DNA of 64,000 nucleotides, taken from the NCBI GenBank assembly GCA_039925065.1, contig JBDSZP010000080.1, forward strand, positions 2,582-66,581. Direction: 5' to 3'. The translations under genes and the position numbers were made by a program. A model generated the notes under the pieces. That model saw nothing but the letters and a program-made list of their open reading frames with translations. It was not told where the DNA came from and did no database searches. Positions 44,982 to 54,341 of this stretch are shown in pieces (positions within the stretch are counted from its first letter, which is position 1; each line of letters begins with the position of its first letter). The stretch comes from Luteolibacter sp. (GTDB taxonomy: Bacteria; Verrucomicrobiota; Verrucomicrobiia; Verrucomicrobiales; Akkermansiaceae).

Positions 44982-47047
44982 GCCAAGCCAAGGACCCAAC
45001 CAGAGTAGTCGATGGATTCGCCAGCCTTGAGGGTGGGATGGACAGCGCCCGCGTGCCGTCGCTCATCTCCCCGATCCACGCTCACCTTCTGGTCAACCAT
45101 ACCGTGCGCGGCGGCCATCTCCACACCCGGCCTACCCTCGAGCAAATGGATGGGATTGGGTTGAAAGGGGACTGGACGAACAACGGCCGGTTCAACGGGG
45201 CCTTCGTTTATTGGGACCCAGCCGGCATCGCCCCCACTAAAATAGTCATCGCCGTTGGCCGGACCATCAACACGGTGGACCCGGTCAACCATGTCGAGTC
45301 GGTGCTGGCCACAGGGCGAGCCGACGCCTACACCTGGTTTTGTCAGGCGGAGAACTACCTCATCATGCAGAATGGTTTGGACGAGCCCCTGATCTACGAT
45401 GGGAACGACGTCTTTACCGCGACGGAGTTCGACCCACAGTTCCCCATTCCCGTCGGCACCATTATGTCCTTCGGGCAGGGGCGCCTCTTCGTTGCCTCAA
45501 AGGACCGGCGGAACATCACAGCGGGCGATTTGATCTACGGCGGCTCGACCCAGCGCGCAGTCATCCTAACCATGACGGTGGCTTCTGATACCCTCATCAC
45601 CACGGATGGCGACCACGGTCTTGGAATCGGAGAGACCGTCACCATCACCGGGTCTACTTCTGTCCCTGACATCAACGGTACGTATTTGGTGACCGACGTT
45701 CCCAGCCCCCAGTCTCTCCGTATCGGGGTAGCCCTGACTTCTGCCGGTTCCGGTGGCTACACCCTGAAGGCGTTGCCGGGAGCGGCGAGTGACTTGCTCC
45801 GGTTCTCCGAGACCACCTATCTTGCCGAGGGCGGGTCGTTCCGTCTCCCCTTCTTCATGGGGCAGATCACAGGGATGGTCTTCCCCCCGGTCGAAGATAC
45901 CGCGACGGGGCAGGGCGATCTGCTCGTGGCCGGGGACTTCGGGATGGCGTCGTTCCAAGTCTCCGCCGACCGGCTAACGTGGAAGCTCATCCCATTTCAG
46001 AGAGTTGTCTTCCGTGAGTTTGGCGCGACTTCGCCTACTTCTTTCGTCACGGTCAACGGGGATTTCTTCTTCCGCTCCAACTTTGGGATTCGAAACTACC
46101 GCAACTCTCGACTTGCTTTCTATGCCCACGGCTACCAGCCCCTCAGCGGCGAACTCAATGATATTCTCGACAAAGAAGACCCGAAGCTGCTGGACAAGGT
46201 CAGCGCAATTCAGTTCGACAACCGCTACCTAATGACGTGCCTCCCGGCCAAGGACAACCCGCCGAGCTGGCCCTACTATCAAGGAGTTGTGTCCCTCGAT
46301 TTCAACGCCGTCTCGGTGAACTTCGGCAAGACCAACTCCGCCTATGACGGGCTGTGGACCGGGCCCAAGTTCCTCCAGCTTTTGAGCGGCCGCTTCAACG
46401 GGGAGCAGCGAGCCTTTGCCATCACCCAAGGCCCCTACTTGACCTACAGCGTGGCGCTACGACTCGGCATCTGGGAGATCAAGAAAGATCAGGGCCCGGA
46501 CGTCTCGTGGAAGTATGATGACCGTCCGGAGTTTGGGCCTACAACTCGGACGGCACACCCCATTCAGTCTGTCTTCGAGAGCCGGGGCTTTAACTTCAGC
46601 GCGCCGCTCAACTTGAAAGAATTGCTGCGTGGGGAAATATGGTTCGCCGATGTGCTCGACACGGTGACAGTGGCAATGTTTTTCCGTTCTGACCAGAACC
46701 CCATCTGGACTCCGTGGGTTGGGTTGACGATGACCGCCGACACCTGTGTCTATTCCGGTCCTCATATTTGCCCTCCCTTGCCCGTCGTCCACTCCAAGTT
46801 CGGAGGCTACTTCCCCGCCATCAATCTCCCCACCCCGACCCAGGTAGCCGACCTGCAGATTAGCCGCCCGGTCAACTTCGGCCACGAGTTTGAAGTTCGG
46901 ATCGAGACCACTGGCTCTGCCCGACTCGTCAAGCTGATCCTCTACGCACTGGACAAGGTGGAGTCCACCTCTGGGCACTACCCAAGCAACATCCTGACGG
47001 AGTCGATTTCCAATTGCAACTCCGGGTTTTTGGACTACAAGATATAA
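44978..47047 (+). CDS. tail nozzle/stabilisation protein (P22 gp10/T7 gp12-like) with inserted beta domain
   Basis: DGFASLEGGMDS N-terminus, propeller-like blades (GRLFVA, FDNRYL); inserted HGLGIGETVTITG..INGTYLVT module. Confidence 0.75.
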   Translation: MSQAKDPTRVVDGFASLEGGMDSARVPSLISPIHAHLLVNHTVRGGHLHTRPTLEQMDGIGLKGDWTNNGRFNGAFVYWDPAGIAPTKIVIAVGRTINTVDPVNHVESVLATGRADAYTWFCQAENYLIMQNGLDEPLIYDGNDVFTATEFDPQFPIPVGTIMSFGQGRLFVASKDRRNITAGDLIYGGSTQRAVILTMTVASDTLITTDGDHGLGIGETVTITGSTSVPDINGTYLVTDVPSPQSLRIGVALTSAGSGGYTLKALPGAASDLLRFSETTYLAEGGSFRLPFFMGQITGMVFPPVEDTATGQGDLLVAGDFGMASFQVSADRLTWKLIPFQRVVFREFGATSPTSFVTVNGDFFFRSNFGIRNYRNSRLAFYAHGYQPLSGELNDILDKEDPKLLDKVSAIQFDNRYLMTCLPAKDNPPSWPYYQGVVSLDFNAVSVNFGKTNSAYDGLWTGPKFLQLLSGRFNGEQRAFAITQGPYLTYSVALRLGIWEIKKDQGPDVSWKYDDRPEFGPTTRTAHPIQSVFESRGFNFSAPLNLKELLRGEIWFADVLDTVTVAMFFRSDQNPIWTPWVGLTMTADTCVYSGPHICPPLPVVHSKFGGYFPAINLPTPTQVADLQISRPVNFGHEFEVRIETTGSARLVKLILYALDKVESTSGHYPSNILTESISNCNSGFLDYKI

Positions 47048-47059
47048 CTTGACTCCCCC

Positions 47060-47701
47060 ATGATCGACTACACCCCCCTCACTGGCAGTGAGTGCCCTGT
47101 CAACCTGAACGCTCTCTTGCAGTTGTTCGCGGCCCACTTGAACCTGCCGGCCACCTCGGTCAACGTCATCATCAGCGAGACAGCGCCGGCCCCCAGTGCC
47201 CTCGTCCTCTGGTTCCGGCCCACCACCAACACTCTCTCGGCCTATAGCGGCGGCGCGTGGCACGGAATTGACGGAGGTTTCTGGCACGTCGGCGACATTA
47301 TCATGTTCGACGTGGTCATCGCGACTGACCTCACCCTCGCTTCCTCGACCAACCCCAACCGCAGACCTTGGGCGGTATGCGACGGCGGGACCTACGGCGG
47401 CATTGCCACCCCCGACATGACCAACCGTTTCGTGCGCGGAGCCCTCAGCGGGTTCGGCGGACAGGGCGGCGCGGCCCAGAAGACTCTTGACCTGACCAAC
47501 ATCCCCGCCCACACCCACGGCATCCCTTACGCCCGGAACGTGGGCTCGGGCGCAATCAACTGCGGTGTGGATGTGGATGCCACCGGAGGCTTGGTCCTCC
47601 CCAGCATCCCCGCAGGCGGCACTGCCGGAGCCACTGTGGCCTTCGATTTGCTCGGGCCCTACACAACTCTTGGGTTCAAGAAATATATCGGGACCCCCTG
47701 A
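47060..47701 (+). CDS. tail collar-domain short fibre
   Basis: VGDIIMF..WAVCDG..TPDMTNRFVRG..GG..L...NIPAHTH. Confidence 0.75.
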   Translation: MIDYTPLTGSECPVNLNALLQLFAAHLNLPATSVNVIISETAPAPSALVLWFRPTTNTLSAYSGGAWHGIDGGFWHVGDIIMFDVVIATDLTLASSTNPNRRPWAVCDGGTYGGIATPDMTNRFVRGALSGFGGQGGAAQKTLDLTNIPAHTHGIPYARNVGSGAINCGVDVDATGGLVLPSIPAGGTAGATVAFDLLGPYTTLGFKKYIGTP

Positions 47702-49371
47702 TGCCACTAACCGTCGCTCAAGCCCGGGCCGCTCTAGCCAGCTACACCAGTAATGGTGTGGGCCCGACTGACTATCGATTCCTTCCTCTGCTGAACGAGG
47801 CACAGAGCCGTCTCTACGAGACCGGCCCCTACCTCGGGACCCTGCTTCGTTACGCTGTCCTCTGCCAGAAGGAAGGGGACACCACGTTCTTCGTTCTCCC
47901 AACAACTCTGAAAACCCCCACACGCGTGGCAAACTACACGGGCGGAAACGCCACACTCCCCGGGCTTCTCCTCTCGGATGGAGTCGGGGCGTTCGTCCAC
48001 CAGACCAATGAAATTCTGTCGGTCAACCCCACCTTCGTTGCGGGGAAGTGGACGGTTCCTGCGGGAACTGTGGCAGTCGACGTGACTGGAGACAAGATCT
48101 TCAAGAACGCGGTGCTCGATTCAGATCTTCTAATGATTGACGACATCTCGGCGCTCAAGCTCATGCTCCTCGCGCTCTGGCGGGAGAACAACGACCGTCT
48201 CGATGTGGCTATGGCGCTGGAGCAGAAGGCCGTCAACCGGCTGAAAGTTCTGACCGGCGGAGCCGTCGATGAGGCCCGCCGCCTCAACTATCAATCTCTC
48301 TACACGTCCTACGCCTATGGCACGGTTGGGTGGGCGCGGATGAAACTCGGCACAGACATGCAGCAGGGCATCAGTCGCGACGATGCCTACATCATGGATC
48401 TCCTCAATAAAGCCGAGGACATGCTCATCGCCCGCTACAATTTCTTCATCCTCTCCAATCGACTGGGAGTGAAGGACAATCTCCCGAAGCTCAACTACAC
48501 CCCGCTGACCGGCGACACCACCCCGCTCCCGATCGAGGACTACCAGATCATCAAGCTGATGGCCATGTCGATGCAGGCGGAAAATTCCAATGACGGGAAT
48601 GCCCTGAAGGCAGCAATGGAGCTGGAGCAGCAGGCTTACGATTTGCTTGAAAGACAACTGAAAGTCAAGTTATTGGACAACCGGCGATTTGCTCACGAAG
48701 CCGACTACGCCCTCTTCCGTGACCAGCCCAGATCGGTTGGTTATTTCCGGACGCGATTGTCTCTCGATCTCTCTGCGAATGCCGGCCTCCTCCTGACCGA
48801 CGACGAGATGCTCCGGGCCATCAATGAAGCAGAGGAGTGGGCCGTCATGCAGGGCGGGTTCAAGGGCACCCGCACCAACTACTCTCTCCAGATCGACCAG
48901 TCCGGCATGTTCATCATGCCCACCTGCATCGAGAAAATTTACGCTGCCGCCATTGGCGGGACGTTCGCCCCCGTCTGGGGGATCGAGGCTGACTACCACC
49001 AGAACGGGATCGGCTACTCCATCGGAGACTGCCCGGGGTTTGGCAACCGGGTCATCCATCGCGGAGAGAAAGATGGTCGGGCCCTCTACTATGTCCGCGA
49101 CGCCTGCGCTCCCGAGTGCGCCCATCTTCTCGTCAAGCTTCGCTTCGTGGCCCACGTCAACGACAGCGAAGACATGATCATTGTAAACTACCCCGCCATT
49201 AAGGCCCACGTAGAATCCCAGCTATCCGCCGACCCCAACATTTCGATGGCCAAGCAAAAGCTTGCGTTGCAGTTACTCGAATCCCAGCTTAAAGAAAGTC
49301 AAGGGTCTGACAGGATGAGCCTCCAGGTTCAGAATGTCGGATCCTTTGGTTCCATCCGAAACCTGATATGA
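47701..49371 (+). CDS. head-tail adaptor with three tandem repeats
   Basis: Three TV..AR..L / LLNEA / D.D...I....A.K helical units. Confidence 0.65.
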   Translation: MPLTVAQARAALASYTSNGVGPTDYRFLPLLNEAQSRLYETGPYLGTLLRYAVLCQKEGDTTFFVLPTTLKTPTRVANYTGGNATLPGLLLSDGVGAFVHQTNEILSVNPTFVAGKWTVPAGTVAVDVTGDKIFKNAVLDSDLLMIDDISALKLMLLALWRENNDRLDVAMALEQKAVNRLKVLTGGAVDEARRLNYQSLYTSYAYGTVGWARMKLGTDMQQGISRDDAYIMDLLNKAEDMLIARYNFFILSNRLGVKDNLPKLNYTPLTGDTTPLPIEDYQIIKLMAMSMQAENSNDGNALKAAMELEQQAYDLLERQLKVKLLDNRRFAHEADYALFRDQPRSVGYFRTRLSLDLSANAGLLLTDDEMLRAINEAEEWAVMQGGFKGTRTNYSLQIDQSGMFIMPTCIEKIYAAAIGGTFAPVWGIEADYHQNGIGYSIGDCPGFGNRVIHRGEKDGRALYYVRDACAPECAHLLVKLRFVAHVNDSEDMIIVNYPAIKAHVESQLSADPNISMAKQKLALQLLESQLKESQGSDRMSLQVQNVGSFGSIRNLI

Positions 49372-51779
49372 CCTGCACCCCGGAAATTATATACGATATT
49401 ATCGACCCGCCCCCCGGGACCGGTCCGAACAGGACTTTTCGGCAGGCCACCGCGCCGGTCAACCCCGGCGACGCCTTGGTCATCGGGGACCTTTGGTTCG
49501 ACACTAGCACCGGGAGCCGGGAATCCCGGTGGGACGGGACAACGTGGGTCGACGTGACGGACTCTCGCATCGCCCTTGACGCGGCCAACCTAGCGACCGA
49601 AGCAGCGGCCCGCATCGCGGCCGACACCTCTCTCGCCATGACCGACGCCGACCTCGCGTTGGCAGACTCGGCTTTACAGGAGAACATCAACGCCGAGGCG
49701 GCCACACGCGAAGCAGAGGACATGGCTCTGAGCGACCGGATCGACAACGCCATCATCGGCGCAGGCGGCGGAGGGTCGCGAACTTTCTACCAAGCGTCGG
49801 CCCCGGCCAACCCGGGTGACATGCTGTTGCCCGGGGATCTCTGGTTTGACTCAGACGACGGGAAGAAACTTTCTAGGTGGAGCGGATCGGCTTGGGTCGA
49901 GGTGACTGACCAGCGGCTCCTCGACGCGACTTCGAATATCCTTTCCGTCATTTCCCAGATCACTGACCCCGTCACTGGTCTGGTGGCAGTCAGCGCGTCG
50001 GTCTCCCAAGAAGCCACCGCACGCACGACCGCAGACTCCGCCTTGGCCACCTTGATTGCGGTGGTGCAGGCGATGCTCAACGACCCCACCACCGGTTTGG
50101 CGGCAGCGTTCGCAGCGGTCACGAACGAAGCGACTGCCCGGGCCAGCGCAGTTTCGGCCGAGGCCATCGCTCGTCTCACGGTGGAGGCATCGTTAACCGG
50201 CCAGCTTCAAGTCCGCCCCAACATACTTTTCAATGGTGGATTCGAACTCGGGTTCAGGGGGTGGGCATTTACTGGTGTGGCGAGTCTCGCGCCCGTCGGA
50301 AAAACTTACTCCGGGTTTGGGCAAGCGATGCACTGGATCGCCCAAGGCACCAGCCTGATCTACAACATTGACCTTTTCCCTATCACCGCCGGGAAGAATT
50401 ACGTCCTCACTGGCGACATGCTGGGTGCGGGCACCAGCGGTACACTCCGCTTCATCGTTAACTGGTACACTTCACTTGGCGTCCTGGTTTCTCAGAGTGT
50501 GCTGGGGTCAGTCAACCTCCCGTTCACCTTTGTAGAGGGCAACGCCAACCGCAATACTCTAGCCCGGCAAGTTACCGCCCCCGCCACGGCCACTCAAGCA
50601 CGTGTTCTGTTCCAGTGTCTCACCGGGGTTGGAATCACGGACATTGCCGTTCGCCAGATCAAGATGGAACAGGGTGTCCTCCCCCCGACCCCATACACCG
50701 CCGAAGGTGCTCTTCTCGCGAGCGACGTGGCTGTGACCGAAGAGGCCATCGCCCGAGCTAACGCAGACGGAACCATCTTCGCGCAGTGGGGGGTCACGAT
50801 CGACAGCAACAATCGAATCATTGGGAGTGTCCGTCTCGACGGCAACGCCTCCAACAGTGACTTCGTGGTGGTCGCGAACAAATTTAAAATTGTCGATCCG
50901 TCCAACGCCCTCGTCCCGGTGGCTGTTTTCACCCTCATCACAACGGCCGGCATCCGCCGCCTGATTCTCGGTGCGCCGCAGCAGTCCACCAACTACGTCC
51001 AGAACAATGCGGGCTACTGGATCGACAGCGCAACGGGCAATGCCGAGTTCAATCGCGTCGTTCTCCGCGACCCCGTTATCTATCTGAACCAAGTCGCTCC
51101 TACTTTTACGAATGACTACGGTGGCGCGGTCATGACCTCGCGCTCCTACACTGACAGCGACCAGATTTCCATCCGCGCGCATACCGGGTTGATCAATACC
51201 CGCATCAGGCAGGAGATTAACAAGAGGGTTTCGGTCAACAGTCCTTTCTGGCCCACGCATGTTGCGCCTTTCCTCCTCCCAGGAACAGGTCCCGATGACT
51301 TCCTCGGGATTGTGCAGAGCGACGGTACCCCCGGAAATGCTTATCAGCACACCACGTCTTTCCACGCCTGTGTCGCGACTGACCCAACCGGCCTTGGACT
51401 CTGGGACAAGCTCGGCCCCGAAGCTATCTGCATCCTGACGTGGGTGCCGCCGGACATGACCTTGTGGCCGCAAGTCGCCTCGCCGTATTTCTACTTTGTC
51501 GCAGGCACCAAGGGTGGCGCATATACCGTGGCGGCTGATGACCCCGACGCTGCCGCGACCATGTACAAATCGACCGACGGCGTCAATTTTTCTCTTTACA
51601 CCCCCGGCACGAGCATTGTCATGGCGGCTGGAGCCATCGTTTACGTGCAGGCGCGGCGCGGGGATGGTTATAGAGACAGCCCTGTCATTCCTTTCGCTAA
51701 CACAGGTTCTGGCCTCCCCAACAACAGCCCCGGGAACCACGGGTCTGGGGGTAGCGGCACTCCGCGTAACCTACCTTAA
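49368..51779 (+). CDS. tail fibre/tip protein (GDLWFD repeats, coiled coil, CBM-like, DUF1983-like)
   Basis: GDLWFD x2, EATAR coiled coil, NILFNGGFE, AQWGVTID..FVVVANKFKI, GNAEFN. Confidence 0.75.
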   Translation: MTCTPEIIYDIIDPPPGTGPNRTFRQATAPVNPGDALVIGDLWFDTSTGSRESRWDGTTWVDVTDSRIALDAANLATEAAARIAADTSLAMTDADLALADSALQENINAEAATREAEDMALSDRIDNAIIGAGGGGSRTFYQASAPANPGDMLLPGDLWFDSDDGKKLSRWSGSAWVEVTDQRLLDATSNILSVISQITDPVTGLVAVSASVSQEATARTTADSALATLIAVVQAMLNDPTTGLAAAFAAVTNEATARASAVSAEAIARLTVEASLTGQLQVRPNILFNGGFELGFRGWAFTGVASLAPVGKTYSGFGQAMHWIAQGTSLIYNIDLFPITAGKNYVLTGDMLGAGTSGTLRFIVNWYTSLGVLVSQSVLGSVNLPFTFVEGNANRNTLARQVTAPATATQARVLFQCLTGVGITDIAVRQIKMEQGVLPPTPYTAEGALLASDVAVTEEAIARANADGTIFAQWGVTIDSNNRIIGSVRLDGNASNSDFVVVANKFKIVDPSNALVPVAVFTLITTAGIRRLILGAPQQSTNYVQNNAGYWIDSATGNAEFNRVVLRDPVIYLNQVAPTFTNDYGGAVMTSRSYTDSDQISIRAHTGLINTRIRQEINKRVSVNSPFWPTHVAPFLLPGTGPDDFLGIVQSDGTPGNAYQHTTSFHACVATDPTGLGLWDKLGPEAICILTWVPPDMTLWPQVASPYFYFVAGTKGGAYTVAADDPDAAATMYKSTDGVNFSLYTPGTSIVMAAGAIVYVQARRGDGYRDSPVIPFANTGSGLPNNSPGNHGSGGSGTPRNLP

Positions 51780-51780
51780 T

Positions 51781-52212
51781 TTGATCCAACCTCTCCATGT
51801 TAACGACATTGATCTCCTCCTCCCACTCGGAGAAAAATTCTTTGCTGAGACTGGTCTGCCCGGGAAGTTCAGCGCGGAGTCGTTCTCCAGTGCGCTCATA
51901 CACCTCTGCCTTTTTGGCGCGGGTAAAGGATGGCTTACGCCGGATCACGAGAGTCTTCTCGTGGCCGTGCGATCCCATGACGCCCCGACCGGAGACTTGG
52001 TGGTCGAGGAATGGGTTTGGTATGTCTCCCCAGCTCATCGAGCATCTGGCGTCGGAGTTCAGTTATTCCAATGCATGGAAGACTGGGCTAAAGAAATTGG
52101 GGCAAAGCGAATTTACTCCGGCTCCACCATCGGGCGACCCCTCGACAAATTTTATTCCCGCAAAGGCTATGCTCCGGTCGAGCATAGATTTTTCAAAGCA
52201 TTGAGACAATGA
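51781..52212 (+). CDS. GNAT-fold acetyltransferase-like protein
   Basis: EWVWYVSPAHRASGVG..L....E.WAKE.GA...FYSRKGY; usual position before ejection proteins. Confidence 0.8.
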   Translation: MIQPLHVNDIDLLLPLGEKFFAETGLPGKFSAESFSSALIHLCLFGAGKGWLTPDHESLLVAVRSHDAPTGDLVVEEWVWYVSPAHRASGVGVQLFQCMEDWAKEIGAKRIYSGSTIGRPLDKFYSRKGYAPVEHRFFKALRQ

Positions 52213-52213
52213 G

Positions 52214-53062
52214 ATGGGCTTATCACTTTCAAGAGCAGCAGACGGAGCTAACAAGGGTTCAATCGGTGGGCCTTACGGCGCCATCGGCGGCTTCATCGAC
52301 GGGCTCTTCAACGGACCACTCTACCAATCTACCGTGCAAGACAGCGTAAGTTTCAAACACATCAAGCCCGACTCAATGGGCAGCACCTTTGCGCAGTTCA
52401 ACTCGCAATCAGGGCAGTTCCCTGCCTTGGCGGAATTTTCCACCCAGCTGAACAACATGCTCAAGGATGAGCTGTCCAGCACGGTGCCCGATCTCTTCCC
52501 CGCTTTGGAGCAGGAAGGGAAGAACACTCTCGCCGAATCGAAGGGTCTTCTCCCAGCCGACGTTGCAGGTAATGCGATGCGGACTGCCGGCCTCACGACA
52601 CTGGGTTCCGGTGGCTCGCAGTTCAGCAAGTATGCGGACGCCCGGCAGCTCGGTCTGACTTCTCTCGATCTAACGCAGCGCGCGTTGCAGGCCACGCCAG
52701 TCCTGACTGCGCTGGCCAAGGAGACCAACCCTGTCTCCCCCACCAATTTCATCTTCACCCCGCAGGCCATCCAGCAGCGGAGTGACCAGTTCAAAATCCT
52801 TAACTCGGGCCGCGACATCCAGCAGCAGCTCACCAACGCCGGCATCCAGCAGAACAACACCGACACAGCGATCTCCTCGGCCGCTTTGCTCGCGGGTCTC
52901 TTCTCGAAGAGCGGCAGCAGCACAACGACGACGAACAACAACACAACTTCTTCGGGCGGCGGCTTCGATTGGAGCAATGTCTTCGGGTCATTCAATAGCG
53001 GTGGCGGAAGCGGCGGCTTGACGGCCAGTGCTGGAAGCGGATCAGGCGGAGGCGGAGGCTAA
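52214..53062 (+). CDS. internal virion/ejection protein (small)
   Basis: GGPYGAIGGFIDGLF glycine-zipper N-terminus; helical Q/A-rich body. Confidence 0.65.
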   Translation: MGLSLSRAADGANKGSIGGPYGAIGGFIDGLFNGPLYQSTVQDSVSFKHIKPDSMGSTFAQFNSQSGQFPALAEFSTQLNNMLKDELSSTVPDLFPALEQEGKNTLAESKGLLPADVAGNAMRTAGLTTLGSGGSQFSKYADARQLGLTSLDLTQRALQATPVLTALAKETNPVSPTNFIFTPQAIQQRSDQFKILNSGRDIQQQLTNAGIQQNNTDTAISSAALLAGLFSKSGSSTTTTNNNTTSSGGGFDWSNVFGSFNSGGGSGGLTASAGSGSGGGGG

Positions 53063-53063
53063 T

Positions 53064-54341
53064 ATGGGCATCGGATCTACTGGTCTTAATGATTTCGAAC
53101 CGCAGCCGCTGGCTTCACAGCCGGACTATTTTCACGACGCATTCCCGGGCGGCTTGCCCTCGACGGCGGACGCAATCAACAAGGCGGGCGATTCTCTTGC
53201 CCGCACCAAGTCTATAGAGATCGCCCAACAGAACGCGGACTCCGAAGCCACTTGGCGCATCGGGCAGCTCAAGGATGCCGAGGCACAAATCTCTTTGCGT
53301 GAGAGAGCCTTCCCGTTAGACCAGGAACTCAAGCGCGCGCAAGTCACTGCGGCGGGCGTGGGCGCGGAGGCGGCTCGGTCTGAGATTGCCGTGCGGCGGA
53401 ACAGTTTGGAAGAGGCGAAATTTCAACTGGAGCAGCGCCGCTTCGACGCTGACCAAGCCGGACCGATGGCAATGGCGCTGGCCGACGCTGCGTCCGACCC
53501 GAACAACCCCGACACCGAGACCAAGATGCTCGCCGTCATGGCGCAGGCTCCGAAGCACGCCGCCGCGAGCCCGATGATTAGGGAGATTCTCGATCGGTAT
53601 CACGCCGCGAAGAACATGAGCGTGGCGGCTATAGGCCTGAAGCAAGACAGCGACGACATGATCAAACTCGGCGTGAAGGACAAGGCCGCGCTCCCTTCCG
53701 CGCGCACCGCCGACGATCTCGCGAAATTCACCAACATCTACCACGAGTCTGAGTATGACCCCAACGCTACGTCCCGCCCATACACCAGTCAGGAGCTCGA
53801 CCAGCCTCCGGAAACCCCGCGCTCTGGGTCAGACACTGACGTGCACGCTCGCGCGATAGGCGCGTGGGCTACCGCGAAGGCCCAGACTGAAGCCATGGGC
53901 CAGCAATTTATCGACCCCGAATCCGGGGGAGTTACACCTGTCGGCAAGGTGCATCTCAATTCCATCTCCCGATCTTTCCAGATCAACGCCCTCAAGAAAG
54001 AGGCGGACCGCAACGGTCTCGTGATCAAGTCCATCTCCTTCCCGCCGGGCGGCACACCTGTTGCCGAGTATGAGGGCGGCGCAATCACCTCTGCCCGGCG
54101 TGCGTCTACGCCGCAGGTGCAGGCCCTTCAAGCCACCCAGCGAACCCTGAGCGCCGACTACATTGCCGCGCTCAAGACCAACCCCAAACTTGCTGTTGAG
54201 ATAAAGCAGCAACTGGATGATGTCACCGCCCAAGTCAACGCCCAAGTAGGGATCGCACCGCCATCTGGTTCCAGCCCGGCGACCGTGCCGACTAGTCAGT
54301 TTTCCTCGCCTGCTGCTTTACCTTCTGGCGCGAGCTACTAA
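53064..54341 (+). CDS. internal virion/ejection protein (medium)
   Basis: Helical A/Q-rich; lies between the small and giant ejection genes. Confidence 0.6.
   Translation: MGIGSTGLNDFEPQPLASQPDYFHDAFPGGLPSTADAINKAGDSLARTKSIEIAQQNADSEATWRIGQLKDAEAQISLRERAFPLDQELKRAQVTAAGVGAEAARSEIAVRRNSLEEAKFQLEQRRFDADQAGPMAMALADAASDPNNPDTETKMLAVMAQAPKHAAASPMIREILDRYHAAKNMSVAAIGLKQDSDDMIKLGVKDKAALPSARTADDLAKFTNIYHESEYDPNATSRPYTSQELDQPPETPRSGSDTDVHARAIGAWATAKAQTEAMGQQFIDPESGGVTPVGKVHLNSISRSFQINALKKEADRNGLVIKSISFPPGGTPVAEYEGGAITSARRASTPQVQALQATQRTLSADYIAALKTNPKLAVEIKQQLDDVTAQVNAQVGIAPPSGSSPATVPTSQFSSPAALPSGASY

Noticed and set aside
45560-45770. Insert in the nozzle resembling the so-called E1 FCCH domain, suggesting a ubiquitin-like system
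   Set aside because: This small beta domain is a frequent decoration in phage tail proteins; no E1/E2/Ubl genes are present.
30657-51779. Diversity-generating retroelement acting on fibres
   Set aside because: No reverse transcriptase and no near-identical TR/VR pair differing at adenines were noticed.
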